DNA of 64,000 nucleotides from a virus. Position numbers and translations under genes: made by a program. Each line of letters begins with the position of its first letter. Within the stretch, counting starts at the first letter, position 1. The stretch covers positions 1-64,000 of IMG/VR virus record IMGVR_UViG_3300033984_000205; one strand, 5' to 3'. The notes under the pieces were generated by a model, which ran no database searches, was not told the origin of the DNA, and was given only the letters and a program-made list of their open reading frames with translations. Of the stretch, positions 9,016-18,468 are shown piece by piece.

Positions 9016-10212
9016 ATGTCAAGAAGTATAAAAGATAATACAACAGATCCTCTTAAAAAGTTTCTAAACAATGCATGTTTACTAGGTACTCATAAGAATA
9101 AGAAGTTTTTAGGAAAACTATTTGACAAGCAATTTATTGCTATTCCTGGAGCAGATCCTACATCAGATATTCAGAAAGTAAAATCCGACTTCTTTAAGAT
9201 ATTAGACTTATTTGAAGAAAAGTATAAAGGGAAAGCTGATTTAGGTTTTTATCATGAGTCAGGTTTACAAAGGATTATTCCTTATTTTAAAGTTCTTTAT
9301 CCAAAATTTACTATTACTAATAGTCAAGGTAGAAGTCATGAAATAAGAGATTTATTTGTATACCATAGTTTTAAATTTACTAGAGGTTCTGTGCATCCTT
9401 GGAAATTAGAGGGTGGTAGGTTTTCTAAAACTGATTTAGAGATTACCTCAGGGTATCAACAAAGTCATTTAGGAAGTCACAGTGGTTGGAGTTCTAATCC
9501 TTTTTATTGTTCCTATTTTTGTGTAGGAGGAGATACTGATGTAAGTAGAATGCTAGCTGAATTTGAAGTAGAGATGGATATGGATAGGTATGAATTATTT
9601 TTATTTTGTGTAGATAGTATGATTACTTGGGAATCTTTAGAGGGTGTACCTTTTATTAGAATGGAAGTAATTAAAAATGCTAATTCTGGTAGAGTAACTA
9701 ATACTAATCCTAATTATGAAGAAGGAATAGTTCAAGCTATTCTAACTGAAAAAATACCTTTAGATGTAGATTTTTACATCTCTGATGGTATTTACAAAAT
9801 TCATCCTAATTTAAGAGCTTCTAATTTTATTAAAAAAATAGTTTTAAAACATTACACATTTAATGTAGCTAAGAGTATTATTGTTAGTAAAACTCCTAAT
9901 ACTTTTGATCATTATTTACAAATGAAAGCAGAAGGAGAAGTCTTAAAGCAAGTTAACAAAGTCACTGTACCAAAAGAATACACTATTTTTAGAGGAAGGA
10001 AACTTTATCCTAAAGTAGTTAGAGAAGATAGGAGAAAAAATACTCCTATTTCAATTGAAGATTATATTGTTTATCCTAAATTTTTAGAAAATGTCCTTAG
10101 AAAACTTGAGTCAAGAATCTATGAGAAAGCAGTTGTCAAGAATGCAACTAGACTCTATCATACCAGTAATAATGCCAGTAGAGGTATTACATCAGATACA
10201 GTATCTCTGTAA
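9016..10212 (+). CDS. putative prokaryotic E2 (UBC-like) conjugating enzyme
   Basis: YQQSHL...SYFCVGG resembles the His...fCxG catalytic region of prokaryotic E2 families (candidate Cys169); located between Ubl and JAB genes. Confidence 0.55.
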   Translation: MSRSIKDNTTDPLKKFLNNACLLGTHKNKKFLGKLFDKQFIAIPGADPTSDIQKVKSDFFKILDLFEEKYKGKADLGFYHESGLQRIIPYFKVLYPKFTITNSQGRSHEIRDLFVYHSFKFTRGSVHPWKLEGGRFSKTDLEITSGYQQSHLGSHSGWSSNPFYCSYFCVGGDTDVSRMLAEFEVEMDMDRYELFLFCVDSMITWESLEGVPFIRMEVIKNANSGRVTNTNPNYEEGIVQAILTEKIPLDVDFYISDGIYKIHPNLRASNFIKKIVLKHYTFNVAKSIIVSKTPNTFDHYLQMKAEGEVLKQVNKVTVPKEYTIFRGRKLYPKVVREDRRKNTPISIEDYIVYPKFLENVLRKLESRIYEKAVVKNATRLYHTSNNASRGITSDTVSL

Positions 10213-11275
10213 AAATATTTCAAAAGTAGAGTGGTCAGGTGCTCTATTTTATACTACTGAAGGTAGTATTGAAAAACCTGAATTTTTCAAAATTACTTTA
10301 AAAACAATCCTTCCTTTAGATATGGGTTCTCAAGCCTATACTGAATACAATCTTGATGAAAGATTTATGGATTTTATTGAAGAAGACTTTGAAGAAAGAT
10401 GCACTTGGAAACTTGGTCATATCCATAGCCATAACAGTATGGCTGTATTCTTTTCAGGTACAGATATGGCAGAGCTAAATGATAATGCTCCAGCACACAA
10501 TTTTTACTTGTCTTTGATTGTAAACAATGCTATGGATTTCTTAGCTAAAGTTGCATTTATAGGAGAAGCTAAAAAAGATATTAAAGATGTCCCTTATACT
10601 GCTAAGAATGTAGAAGGTAATAATTATATCATTGAAAGACAAGACTTTCAAGTTAATAGCCAAAAGTTATTTATTTTTGACTGTCAGATTTATAGTGACT
10701 TACAAGAACTTTCAATTACTGAACAGTTTAGAGATCAAGTGGCTAAGATTATGATACCTAAACCTGTAAAGACTTTTCCCAGACAAGAACCTTGGAACAA
10801 ACCTCAAGAGCCTTGGAAGAAACCTAGTTTACCTGCTCACACTAATAATCAGAAAAGTCTTTTTGATGATTGGGATTCTCCTTACACTCCTGGTAAACAA
10901 GCAATAGATGATTTGGCAGAGTATGACTTAAAAGCACAATCTATTTACAATTTTGCTAAAGAGTTATTTAATTACAGTACTCAAGAGTCAGATGAATTAG
11001 TAGATATAGAAGAAGTTCTTGATCTTTTAGCAGAGTATGATTTATCTCCTCAAGAGATAGCTAAAAGTGTAATTACAGACTATGCTAAAACTTTTGCTAC
11101 ACATTTTCCTAATGCTTCAGCAACTGATTTTGTAGAATACACTCATGAAACTCTAGATTTACTAGAAGATATAGTAATGATGTATCCTGAAATCAAATTG
11201 ACCATTAAAACAATTACATCAATGATTAATAATTTTATATCACATGAGACAAAGGGATACAAGTCAGCAAAGTAG
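10091..11275 (+). CDS. JAB/MPN+ (JAMM) metalloprotease with acidic C-terminal region
   Basis: Complete JAMM motif: EWSG...HSH-x7-S-xx-D (HIHSHNSMAVFFSGTD). True start may be 10121. Confidence 0.9.
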   Translation: MSLENLSQESMRKQLSRMQLDSIIPVIMPVEVLHQIQYLCKNISKVEWSGALFYTTEGSIEKPEFFKITLKTILPLDMGSQAYTEYNLDERFMDFIEEDFEERCTWKLGHIHSHNSMAVFFSGTDMAELNDNAPAHNFYLSLIVNNAMDFLAKVAFIGEAKKDIKDVPYTAKNVEGNNYIIERQDFQVNSQKLFIFDCQIYSDLQELSITEQFRDQVAKIMIPKPVKTFPRQEPWNKPQEPWKKPSLPAHTNNQKSLFDDWDSPYTPGKQAIDDLAEYDLKAQSIYNFAKELFNYSTQESDELVDIEEVLDLLAEYDLSPQEIAKSVITDYAKTFATHFPNASATDFVEYTHETLDLLEDIVMMYPEIKLTIKTITSMINNFISHETKGYKSAK

Positions 11276-11942
11276 ATTTAAAGATGCCCCATGGTTTCCT
11301 AGAAACAATGAAATTTGTTTAGTAGGTGGAGCTGGTGGTATAGGTTCTTGGTTATGTTTTTTCTTAACTAAGATAGGTTTCAAAGTCAATGTTTATGATT
11401 TTGACACTGTTGAAGACCATAACTTAGGTGGTCAGTTATTTCAACAATCAGATATTGGTAGTCCTAAAGTAACAGCAATTTATAGAATAGTACAGACTTT
11501 TTGTGGAGACAGAGTTTCTACTTTTAATGAAAGGATTACTAGTAATACACCTCATCATTACTATAGTTTTTCTGCTTTTGACAATATGGAAGCTAGAAGA
11601 ACTTTGTTTATGAACTGGAAACAGTCTTGGGGAAGTTGCCCTGATGGAGTTACAGCTATATTCATAGATGGTAGACTAGAGATAGAGCAATTACAGATAT
11701 TTTGTGTTACTCCTGAAAATGCTGATAAGTATGAAAGAGAACATCTTTTCCATGACAGTGCTGTAGAAGAAGCTCCATGTACAATGAAGCAAACTTCTCA
11801 TACTGCTGCTATGATAGGCTCTCTTATGTCAGCTTTCTTTACCAATCATATTACCAATGTTTATTTGGGTGAGACTCTCAGAGAAGTCCCATTCTATTAT
11901 GAGTTTGTAGTTCCTATGAACTTCACACAATCAGAGTTATGA
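11244..11942 (+). CDS. ThiF/MoeB/E1-family activating enzyme
   Basis: GAGGIGS nucleotide-binding loop, DFDTVEDHNL, FDNMEAR, IDGR, candidate catalytic Cys179 in EAPCT. Confidence 0.92.
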   Translation: MRQRDTSQQSRFKDAPWFPRNNEICLVGGAGGIGSWLCFFLTKIGFKVNVYDFDTVEDHNLGGQLFQQSDIGSPKVTAIYRIVQTFCGDRVSTFNERITSNTPHHYYSFSAFDNMEARRTLFMNWKQSWGSCPDGVTAIFIDGRLEIEQLQIFCVTPENADKYEREHLFHDSAVEEAPCTMKQTSHTAAMIGSLMSAFFTNHITNVYLGETLREVPFYYEFVVPMNFTQSEL

Positions 11943-13084
11943 GATTGACTTATTCCACTATAGGAGTCTTTACTCGTTCTCTATTTGATATAACTGCTGT
12001 TGCTGCTAATGAGTACATTCCTATTAATACTTTTAATAAAGAGTATACACTAGGAGATGGACTTAGATATTATAATAAACCTAGTTTACAAGATGCTAAC
12101 TATAAACCAAACACTCTTAAGAATATTAAAGATGGTTTTGAAATGGGTAATAGTACTAGAAGAATTAATATCAATAACAGAAACTATTTTATATCAAAAG
12201 GTCTCTTTCTATCAGAAAATGGTACACCATTAATGGTATGTACTATGAAGAAAGAAGCCTATATGAATGCAGAAATACCTAAATTCTCTGATACAGGGTA
12301 TCATGCAAATTTCTCCTACACCAATTACGTTTTATTTTACTCCACTTCTTTTTTCACTGACCCTGGTCTAACTCCTTTAAACAGGAGACTTCAAAAAGAA
12401 ATATTACAATCTTGTTATGAAAAAGGTATAGAAGTCAGAGTACTGTCTTCCCTAGAAATAGAAAAGAATACCTTTGCAAGATTATTTGAAGTCAAGAAGA
12501 CAAAGTCATTGACACAATTAGAAGCCTATATGGAACAAGTACTGCCAAATTTCTTACACAATAATGGGGAGGACAACTTCATTGAGCAAGAATTTGCACC
12601 AGTAACTATCCATAGAGAAGAACTTTCTGTAGAAGAAGAAGCTCTCTTATTTGATAATGAAATGAGAGATTTAATTGTTGATTCTATTCAAAGAGAAGCT
12701 GAAAACACAATTCATTCTGGTTCTAATCTTAGTCTTAGTGTTGGTAGTAATCTTACTACAAGTACAGGTACAGGTACAACTACAAGTGGTCACTTTACAA
12801 TTGACACTACAAGTTATACTCATACTAGTACAGGATTAACTATGCCACCTAGACAAATGACAGAACTAGAAGAATTAGCTGCTGAAGCTGCCCAATATGA
12901 CCCACTTGAAGAATCTTCTGATGAAGAGGAATCTTTTGATGATGATGAAAACTATGGAGAAGAGTTTCATTGGGGAGATACAGAACATGCAGTAGAAATT
13001 GAAGAAATGCTTAGAGATGAAGAAACTGCCCATACAGTTTCAACATGGCAATCAGTTATACAGCTTATTGATGACACAGAGTAG
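11939..13084 (+). CDS. hypothetical protein coupled to E1, with acidic low-complexity C-terminus
   Basis: ATGA overlap with the E1 stop; globular N-terminal half, Thr/Ser-rich linker, Asp/Glu-rich tail. Confidence 0.75.
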   Translation: MRLTYSTIGVFTRSLFDITAVAANEYIPINTFNKEYTLGDGLRYYNKPSLQDANYKPNTLKNIKDGFEMGNSTRRININNRNYFISKGLFLSENGTPLMVCTMKKEAYMNAEIPKFSDTGYHANFSYTNYVLFYSTSFFTDPGLTPLNRRLQKEILQSCYEKGIEVRVLSSLEIEKNTFARLFEVKKTKSLTQLEAYMEQVLPNFLHNNGEDNFIEQEFAPVTIHREELSVEEEALLFDNEMRDLIVDSIQREAENTIHSGSNLSLSVGSNLTTSTGTGTTTSGHFTIDTTSYTHTSTGLTMPPRQMTELEELAAEAAQYDPLEESSDEEESFDDDENYGEEFHWGDTEHAVEIEEMLRDEETAHTVSTWQSVIQLIDDTE

Positions 13085-13131
13085 TTCTTAAGGTATTTAA
13101 GTTTTTTATTATTAATCCTTAAAAATCTTAT

Positions 13132-13644
13132 ATGGGAGTTGGAGCAACAAACAAAAGAAAGGGGAGCACTGCAGAAAGATATTATGCCAAATTCTTTAGG
13201 GAACTAGGGTTTAATTTCTGTGAGACCTCTAGATTTGTAAGCAAAAAGCATGACAATGCTAAGATAGACTTGATGTATATTCCTTTTAATCTACAAATCA
13301 AGGCTGGTGTCCAACAGAATATGAATCCTGGGAAGGAATTATTTATGATGGCTACCTCTATTGCAGGCATGTTTCCCCTTGAAGATGAAGTTCATAAAAA
13401 ACCTTGTTTGTTAATTCATTACAAGCAAGGTAAACCTGGAGCCAGAAGGACTCCAGAGATGGAAATGGTGTATATGTCTATGATACAGTTTGATTTATTT
13501 AGAAGTAAAAGTCCTAGTTTAGAGTATTCAATGATGAAAGACTTTAAATTTGACCTAAACTCTGAGTTTAAAACTATTGTAGGCATGACACTTGACCATT
13601 TTAAAAGTGAAGTAATCTTAAAACAATATGTAACATGTCCGTAA
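13132..13644 (+). CDS. Holliday junction resolvase-like PD-(D/E)XK nuclease
   Basis: NKRKGSTAERYYAKFFRELGF...IDL...LQIKAG, an Hjc-like pattern. Confidence 0.75.
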   Translation: MGVGATNKRKGSTAERYYAKFFRELGFNFCETSRFVSKKHDNAKIDLMYIPFNLQIKAGVQQNMNPGKELFMMATSIAGMFPLEDEVHKKPCLLIHYKQGKPGARRTPEMEMVYMSMIQFDLFRSKSPSLEYSMMKDFKFDLNSEFKTIVGMTLDHFKSEVILKQYVTCP

Positions 13645-14804
13645 TTGTAGCAACAAAAGAAGAAGTACAAGAGTACTATGAATCTGATGCCTTAGGGCAA
13701 TCAAAATTAAAATTATTACTAGGAGATCTAGGTTCTTTTCACAAAGAATTTGACTCTTCAGCAGAACACTTTATGATAGGTTCTGCAGTAGATTGTATAT
13801 TAACTAATTCAATAGAAGCCTTTAACGAGGACTATTATATCTCAAGTGTAGAAAAACTACCTTCTGATGCAGTAATAGAAATTCTAAAGTTAGTCTATGA
13901 AGATTTATTGCAGGACTATGCTGAACATTTAGAAGTAATTACAGGACAGCAGGAATCTGTTTCTGTTACTCCATTTCATGAGTTTGTAGGAGAGCTTGGA
14001 GAGTGGAGTACTTATATTCTAGATGCATGTGAAAAAACAGGATGGCAACCTAGATGGGGTGCTGATGCTAAACTAAAGAATATTGTAGAACCTAGTTCTA
14101 GCTATTTCTTAGATATGTGTTTAGGTTTTGGTAAGACTATTATTAGTCAAACTCAGAACAACACCATCAAAAGTATTGTACATTCTTTACAAACTAATCC
14201 AAGAACAGCTAGTTTCTTTGACAGAGAATTTTATTCAGATATGCCTTTTTATACAATGTATTATCAATTTCCTATTTACTTTGAGTATAGGGGAGTAGAT
14301 TGTAAAGCATTGTTAGATATGGTGTTTATTGAAAGAGATGAAGAGGGAAAGATTCTATCTATCCTTGGTGCAGATTTGAAAACTATGAATGGAAATACAT
14401 TTTATTTCCCTAGTAGTGTTAGAGCAAGAAGATATGACATCCAAGCTGCTTGGTATAGTCTTGCTCTACAAAAACATTTTGCAGTTCCTGATGGTTCTAA
14501 TGCAATTAAACCTTTCCAATTTGTAGTAGAATCTACTTCATTTCAAGGAAAACCTTTAAATTTTGTTGTTGATAAGTCTCTCCTAAATATAGGAAGGTAT
14601 GGTAGAAAAGCTATATCTTTACATGAGTCAACTATGTTTCAAGAGCATCTTGAAGCTAGTGCCATTCTACAATATGAAATTAAAGGCTTTGAACAACTCT
14701 TAGAAATGTATGTTTACCATTGTGAAAATGGTTTTACAGAAGAAAGAGAAATTCAAGAAACAGGTTTAACTCCATTAAAACTTGATTGGGATGGTATTAT
14801 CTAA
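13635..14804 (+). CDS. PD-(D/E)XK exonuclease (RecE/ExoVIII-like)
   Basis: QSKLK, GSAVD, CKALLD, DLKT, YDIQAAWY motifs. Confidence 0.8.
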   Translation: MSVIVATKEEVQEYYESDALGQSKLKLLLGDLGSFHKEFDSSAEHFMIGSAVDCILTNSIEAFNEDYYISSVEKLPSDAVIEILKLVYEDLLQDYAEHLEVITGQQESVSVTPFHEFVGELGEWSTYILDACEKTGWQPRWGADAKLKNIVEPSSSYFLDMCLGFGKTIISQTQNNTIKSIVHSLQTNPRTASFFDREFYSDMPFYTMYYQFPIYFEYRGVDCKALLDMVFIERDEEGKILSILGADLKTMNGNTFYFPSSVRARRYDIQAAWYSLALQKHFAVPDGSNAIKPFQFVVESTSFQGKPLNFVVDKSLLNIGRYGRKAISLHESTMFQEHLEASAILQYEIKGFEQLLEMYVYHCENGFTEEREIQETGLTPLKLDWDGII

Positions 14805-15408
14805 GGTTGCAAAAGAAGGCATGGATATTCAGATTGGGAAACTTTTTATTAACAGAACTGTTAAGTATCTAGTACCTGGTTTGAACTTTTATGGACCCAC
14901 TTTAAAGACAAAATTAAATTTAGTTTTTAAATTGGCTTTTGGTGTACATGATTCTTTGATAGAAGGTTCTCATTTAGAGGGACAAAAGAATATTTTTATT
15001 CTTGTGGACAAACTTGTGAGACCTGAACTATTCCAAAACTTTATGGATTGGATAAAACATCAGGAATATTATGTTACTGATTATGCTTATGATGCAATAT
15101 TGGAAGCTCATAGTAGAAAACACATGATTGTGTTATCTTATCCTCCTACAATGGGAGATACTTATGACAAATTCTTATTAGGTAAGTACAGTAAAATGTA
15201 TACCAAGAAAGAGATTACTAGTTTTTTTGCTGAAGAAAGTAAAAAAGAAATTAGGCAAATTATTGTGAAAACAGTACATGCTAAAATGAGATTTATAACT
15301 TTAGTCAAAGAAACTTTTGGTACTCTTTTAGAAGAACAAGACTTCTTAACTGATTATTGGGAATATGATCTTCCCCCTAATAAGGAAGAAGAGTTTTTTA
15401 ACACATAG
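14782..15408 (+). CDS. hypothetical protein
   Basis: 208-aa ORF in operon; start uncertain (14791 or 14821 possible). Confidence 0.7.
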   Translation: MIGMVLSKVAKEGMDIQIGKLFINRTVKYLVPGLNFYGPTLKTKLNLVFKLAFGVHDSLIEGSHLEGQKNIFILVDKLVRPELFQNFMDWIKHQEYYVTDYAYDAILEAHSRKHMIVLSYPPTMGDTYDKFLLGKYSKMYTKKEITSFFAEESKKEIRQIIVKTVHAKMRFITLVKETFGTLLEEQDFLTDYWEYDLPPNKEEEFFNT

Positions 15409-15412
15409 AAAT

Positions 15413-15436
15413 AGGGCAGAAATGCCCTTTTCTTTT
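15413..15436 (+). terminator. intrinsic terminator
   Basis: AGGGCA-GAAA-TGCCCT stem with GNRA loop, then TTTCTTTT, directly after the stop at 15408. Confidence 0.8.
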
Positions 15437-15443
15437 AATTTTG
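15436..15443 (+). promoter_or_regulatory. Bacteroidota sigma-A -7 element (TAnnTTTG)
   Basis: TAATTTTG directly after the terminator, 5 nt before ATG at 15449. Confidence 0.5.
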
Positions 15444-15448
15444 TATAT

Positions 15449-15676
15449 ATGTCATACACACTTATAATTACAGCTTATCAACCAGTATTTAGTGATAAGT
15501 TTAAATCTTGGATAAAGAAGAATATTAATCCTTCAATGGTTAATGCAGAACCTCATGATAAAGAAGCCAGCTATTTCTTAGACACTATTCTAAGTCAATC
15601 TGATGTAATTTCTTTACAGGACTTTGAATTAATTATGGAATTACAAAATCAAAATGTAGAGTATGTCGAATTCTGA
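15449..15676 (+). CDS. hypothetical protein
   Basis: Start moved from 15365 to ATG 15449 because the longer ORF would span the terminator. Confidence 0.6.
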   Translation: MSYTLIITAYQPVFSDKFKSWIKKNINPSMVNAEPHDKEASYFLDTILSQSDVISLQDFELIMELQNQNVEYVEF

Positions 15677-16016
15677 TAAAACAAAAGCTTTCATGACTGC
15701 ACAAGAATTTGATATTCTTGTACAACAGCGTGTACAAAAAGTGCAACAAACATTAGTTGTAAAGGGTAAAGAGTATAGAAGAAACAATGACCCTCTACAC
15801 AATTTTAGGGTAGCTGCTAAAGTAAATAACACCACTGAAGAGAAAGCTCTTTGGGGATTTGCTGTTAAGCACTATGTATCATTTTTAGATATTCTAAATG
15901 ATATAGAAAGAGGAATCCTTCCTAAAGAGGAAGTTGTTGATGAAAAGGTAGGAGATTTAATCAACTATCTTATTTTATGTGAAGCAAGTATTAAAGAAAA
16001 AATTAATAATCAGTAA
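15663..16016 (+). CDS. DUF1599 / nucleotide modification-associated domain-like protein
   Basis: TLVVKGKEY...DPLHNF...K...DLINYLIL all-helical pattern. Confidence 0.6.
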   Translation: MSNSDKTKAFMTAQEFDILVQQRVQKVQQTLVVKGKEYRRNNDPLHNFRVAAKVNNTTEEKALWGFAVKHYVSFLDILNDIERGILPKEEVVDEKVGDLINYLILCEASIKEKINNQ

Positions 16017-16189
16017 TGGCAAATGATACTATCAAAACAACTTTTGATAAAGAGAAATATCAAGAGTTAAAAACTTGTTATGATTTAGCTAAAAGACAAG
16101 GTAAAAAACAATTTGTTTTTTATGGAGAAGTCTTACTGTTAGCTTATGCAAAGTATTTATTAGAATATTTAAAACCCTTAGTAAAATGA
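16016..16189 (+). CDS. small hypothetical protein (57 aa, not in the ORF track)
   Basis: MANDTIKTTFDKEKYQELK...AYAKYLLEYLKPLVK; TAATG overlap at start and ATGA overlap at end fill the gap exactly. Confidence 0.7.
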   Translation: MANDTIKTTFDKEKYQELKTCYDLAKRQGKKQFVFYGEVLLLAYAKYLLEYLKPLVK

Positions 16190-16428
16190 ATCAAAAAATT
16201 AAAATTGGAAACCTTACTGTTGATGTTTTTTTCAATGAGTATGACAAAAATCTAAAGACTAGAGTTCAAATTCCAGGTCATGAATTAACCAAACAAGATA
16301 GATTAGCTATTAATAGAGGTTTAGATGACACTGACTTTGGAGAATTTTATAGATTTGAAAACAAAGACAAAGAAATCACTGGAATGTTTAATGTTGTAAT
16401 GTCTGATGAAGAAGATGACGACTATTAG
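16186..16428 (+). CDS. hypothetical protein
   Basis: 80-aa ORF in operon. Confidence 0.6.
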   Translation: MNQKIKIGNLTVDVFFNEYDKNLKTRVQIPGHELTKQDRLAINRGLDDTDFGEFYRFENKDKEITGMFNVVMSDEEDDDY

Positions 16429-16600
16429 TGAATTAACAGTTTGGGCAAAAGGCATTGCTGAAGAACACTCATCTTCTAAAAAGCAGATATTTGAATTTGT
16501 CATATTATGCATAGGTGAGGTAGAAGAAGGAGGTTCTGAACCTCATGAAGTTCAGTTAGCTTATAGTGACATTTGTGATTTAGTTGGAATAGATGAATAA
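16406..16600 (+). CDS. hypothetical protein
   Basis: 64-aa ORF in operon. Confidence 0.55.
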   Translation: MKKMTTISELTVWAKGIAEEHSSSKKQIFEFVILCIGEVEEGGSEPHEVQLAYSDICDLVGIDE

Positions 16601-16619
16601 ACTTAAAAAATAATTAAAG

Positions 16620-16841
16620 ATGACACAAGTACAATTAGATAGGCATTCTTTTGCAAAACACACCTTTTATAAAGGGACCTATACACATAATAGTGTAGGA
16701 TATGCTTTTACCTTAACTGTAGAAGAGTCTGAAAACAGAGTTCAACCTGCTATTATAGTAGAGTTTGAAACAGAGTACAGACTTAGACCTTTTGATTATG
16801 GTAAAGCTTGTAAAGAAATTTTAGCAATTTATTTACCTTAA
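16620..16841 (+). CDS. hypothetical protein
   Basis: 73-aa ORF with AT-rich leader. Confidence 0.6.
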   Translation: MTQVQLDRHSFAKHTFYKGTYTHNSVGYAFTLTVEESENRVQPAIIVEFETEYRLRPFDYGKACKEILAIYLP

Positions 16842-16858
16842 AAGTAAAGAAAAATCTT

Positions 16859-16866
16859 TATATTTG
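16859..16866 (+). promoter_or_regulatory. Bacteroidota sigma-A -7 element (TAnnTTTG)
   Basis: Intergenic TATATTTG 21 nt upstream of the GroES-like gene. Confidence 0.55.
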
Positions 16867-16887
16867 TAAACAATTAAATTTAAACAG

Positions 16888-17196
16888 ATGAAAATCATTG
16901 GTAATAGGGTTCTTATAGAACAAACAAGTGTAAAAAATGAGTCATTAATTATTATGACTGAAAAAAATAAAGGATCTGATTTAATAATCACCTTTAAAGT
17001 CCTTCAATTAGGCAATGAATGTCCTACAGGAGAAGGGCATGTTAAAGTAGGAGATGTACCTATCTTTAGTGAAAATGTTACTTTTAGTGGTCATAAAACT
17101 ATTGATGTGACTAAAGCTCCTAATGGAGAAGTTACTAAGCTTATAGCTCACACTATTGTGTACTATGATGATATTATAGCTACAGAAAATGACTAG
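16888..17196 (+). CDS. groES: GroES/Cpn10-like co-chaperonin
   Basis: MKIIGNRVLIE...VLQLG...VKVGDVPIF...DDIIA follows the Cpn10 pattern. Confidence 0.8.
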   Translation: MKIIGNRVLIEQTSVKNESLIIMTEKNKGSDLIITFKVLQLGNECPTGEGHVKVGDVPIFSENVTFSGHKTIDVTKAPNGEVTKLIAHTIVYYDDIIATEND

Positions 17197-17398
17197 GCAA
17201 AGAATTATAATTATGGATTTTGCAACTTGTGAAGTCCATATTTATCCTTATGATACTCAAGTCTGGGGAGAAGGAGGAGAAGATTTTATAACAACTCATT
17301 ATTCAGAACAAGGACAAACTTTTAAAGAAGGAGAGTGTCATTGGATGATAGTTGATTTAGAAAGAACTGAAGAAAGATTACCAATTTATATTCACTAA
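17189..17398 (+). CDS. hypothetical protein
   Basis: 69-aa ORF overlapping the groES stop. Confidence 0.6.
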   Translation: MTRQRIIIMDFATCEVHIYPYDTQVWGEGGEDFITTHYSEQGQTFKEGECHWMIVDLERTEERLPIYIH

Positions 17399-17400
17399 AT

Positions 17401-18453
17401 ATGGAGAAAACAATCTATAAAAAAGACAGTAGTGGAAATATTAGATACTTATGTATCACTACTGAAGGCAATATAGTAGTTCAAGAGTCAGGTATATTTG
17501 GAACTAATAGTCCTGTATTCAATAGGAGTGCTTGTGAAGCCAAAAATGTTGGAAAGGCTAATGCAACTACTCCAGAAGAACAAGCTGTTTCAGAAGCCCA
17601 CTCTAAGATTAATGAAAAGATGAGGTTAGGTTATTTTAATTCAATTGAAGAGGCTCAACAAAAGGGAGGTAAGGATTTCTTACTTCCCATGTTGGCTAAA
17701 GACTTTAAGAAGGAATCTAAAAAAGTAACTTATCCTTGTTATGTTCAACCTAAATTAGATGGTATGAGGTCTTTAGGGACTGAAGATGATGGATTTATGT
17801 CAAGAACAGGTAAATCTATTGATACTCTTGACCATATAGTATTATCTGGCTTTGAAGGTGCTATTTTAGATGGAGAGTTATATGCACATGGAATCTCATT
17901 CCAAGAGACTATGAAGCTTATCAAAAAGTACAGAAGAGGAGAAACAGAGCAGATTAAGTATCATGTTTATGATATGGTTATGGATGCCCCTTTTGCACAG
18001 AGATATGAAAAACTTTGTGATATAGTGATGCATAATCCTAACATTGAAGTTGTACCTACTCATGTAATAAATAGCTTAGAGGAGTTGGCTTATTACCACA
18101 CTAAATTTCTTTCTCAAGGTTATGAAGGTACTATGGTGAGACACTCTGATGAAAATTATGCTGTAAATAAGAGAAGTTCTCAATTACTTAAATACAAAGA
18201 CTTCTTAGATGAAACTTATATAGTAATTGATGTAGTCCCTTCTGAGAGTAGACCTGAGCAAGGTGTTGTAGTTTGTAGTTCACCTAAAGGAAACTTTAAC
18301 TGTGGTATGAAGTTTAGTCACTTTGAAAGAAAGATGATACTAGAAATGAAACATGAGTATATAGGGCAAATGGCTGAAGTAAGATTTTTTGAATACACTG
18401 ATGGAGGAATCCCAAGGTTTCCTGTATGTGTAGGTTTTAGATTAGATAAATAA
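17401..18453 (+). CDS. ATP-dependent DNA ligase
   Basis: Motif I QPKLDGMR, III LDGELY, IV EGTMVR, V LLKYK, C-terminal PRFP. Confidence 0.95.
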   Translation: MEKTIYKKDSSGNIRYLCITTEGNIVVQESGIFGTNSPVFNRSACEAKNVGKANATTPEEQAVSEAHSKINEKMRLGYFNSIEEAQQKGGKDFLLPMLAKDFKKESKKVTYPCYVQPKLDGMRSLGTEDDGFMSRTGKSIDTLDHIVLSGFEGAILDGELYAHGISFQETMKLIKKYRRGETEQIKYHVYDMVMDAPFAQRYEKLCDIVMHNPNIEVVPTHVINSLEELAYYHTKFLSQGYEGTMVRHSDENYAVNKRSSQLLKYKDFLDETYIVIDVVPSESRPEQGVVVCSSPKGNFNCGMKFSHFERKMILEMKHEYIGQMAEVRFFEYTDGGIPRFPVCVGFRLDK

Positions 18454-18468
18454 CTTAATAAAAACAGA

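Noticed and set aside
11244-11942. E1/ThiF as a thiamine, molybdopterin or tRNA-thiolation enzyme
   Set aside because: No ThiS-like protein with terminal GG, ThiG, MoaE or desulfurase nearby. The context with JAB and an E2-like gene favours conjugation, though this is not proven.
15365-15448. Longer N-terminus for the 15365..15676 ORF
   Set aside because: It would overlap the upstream gene and run through a clear terminator; ATG 15449 is more plausible.
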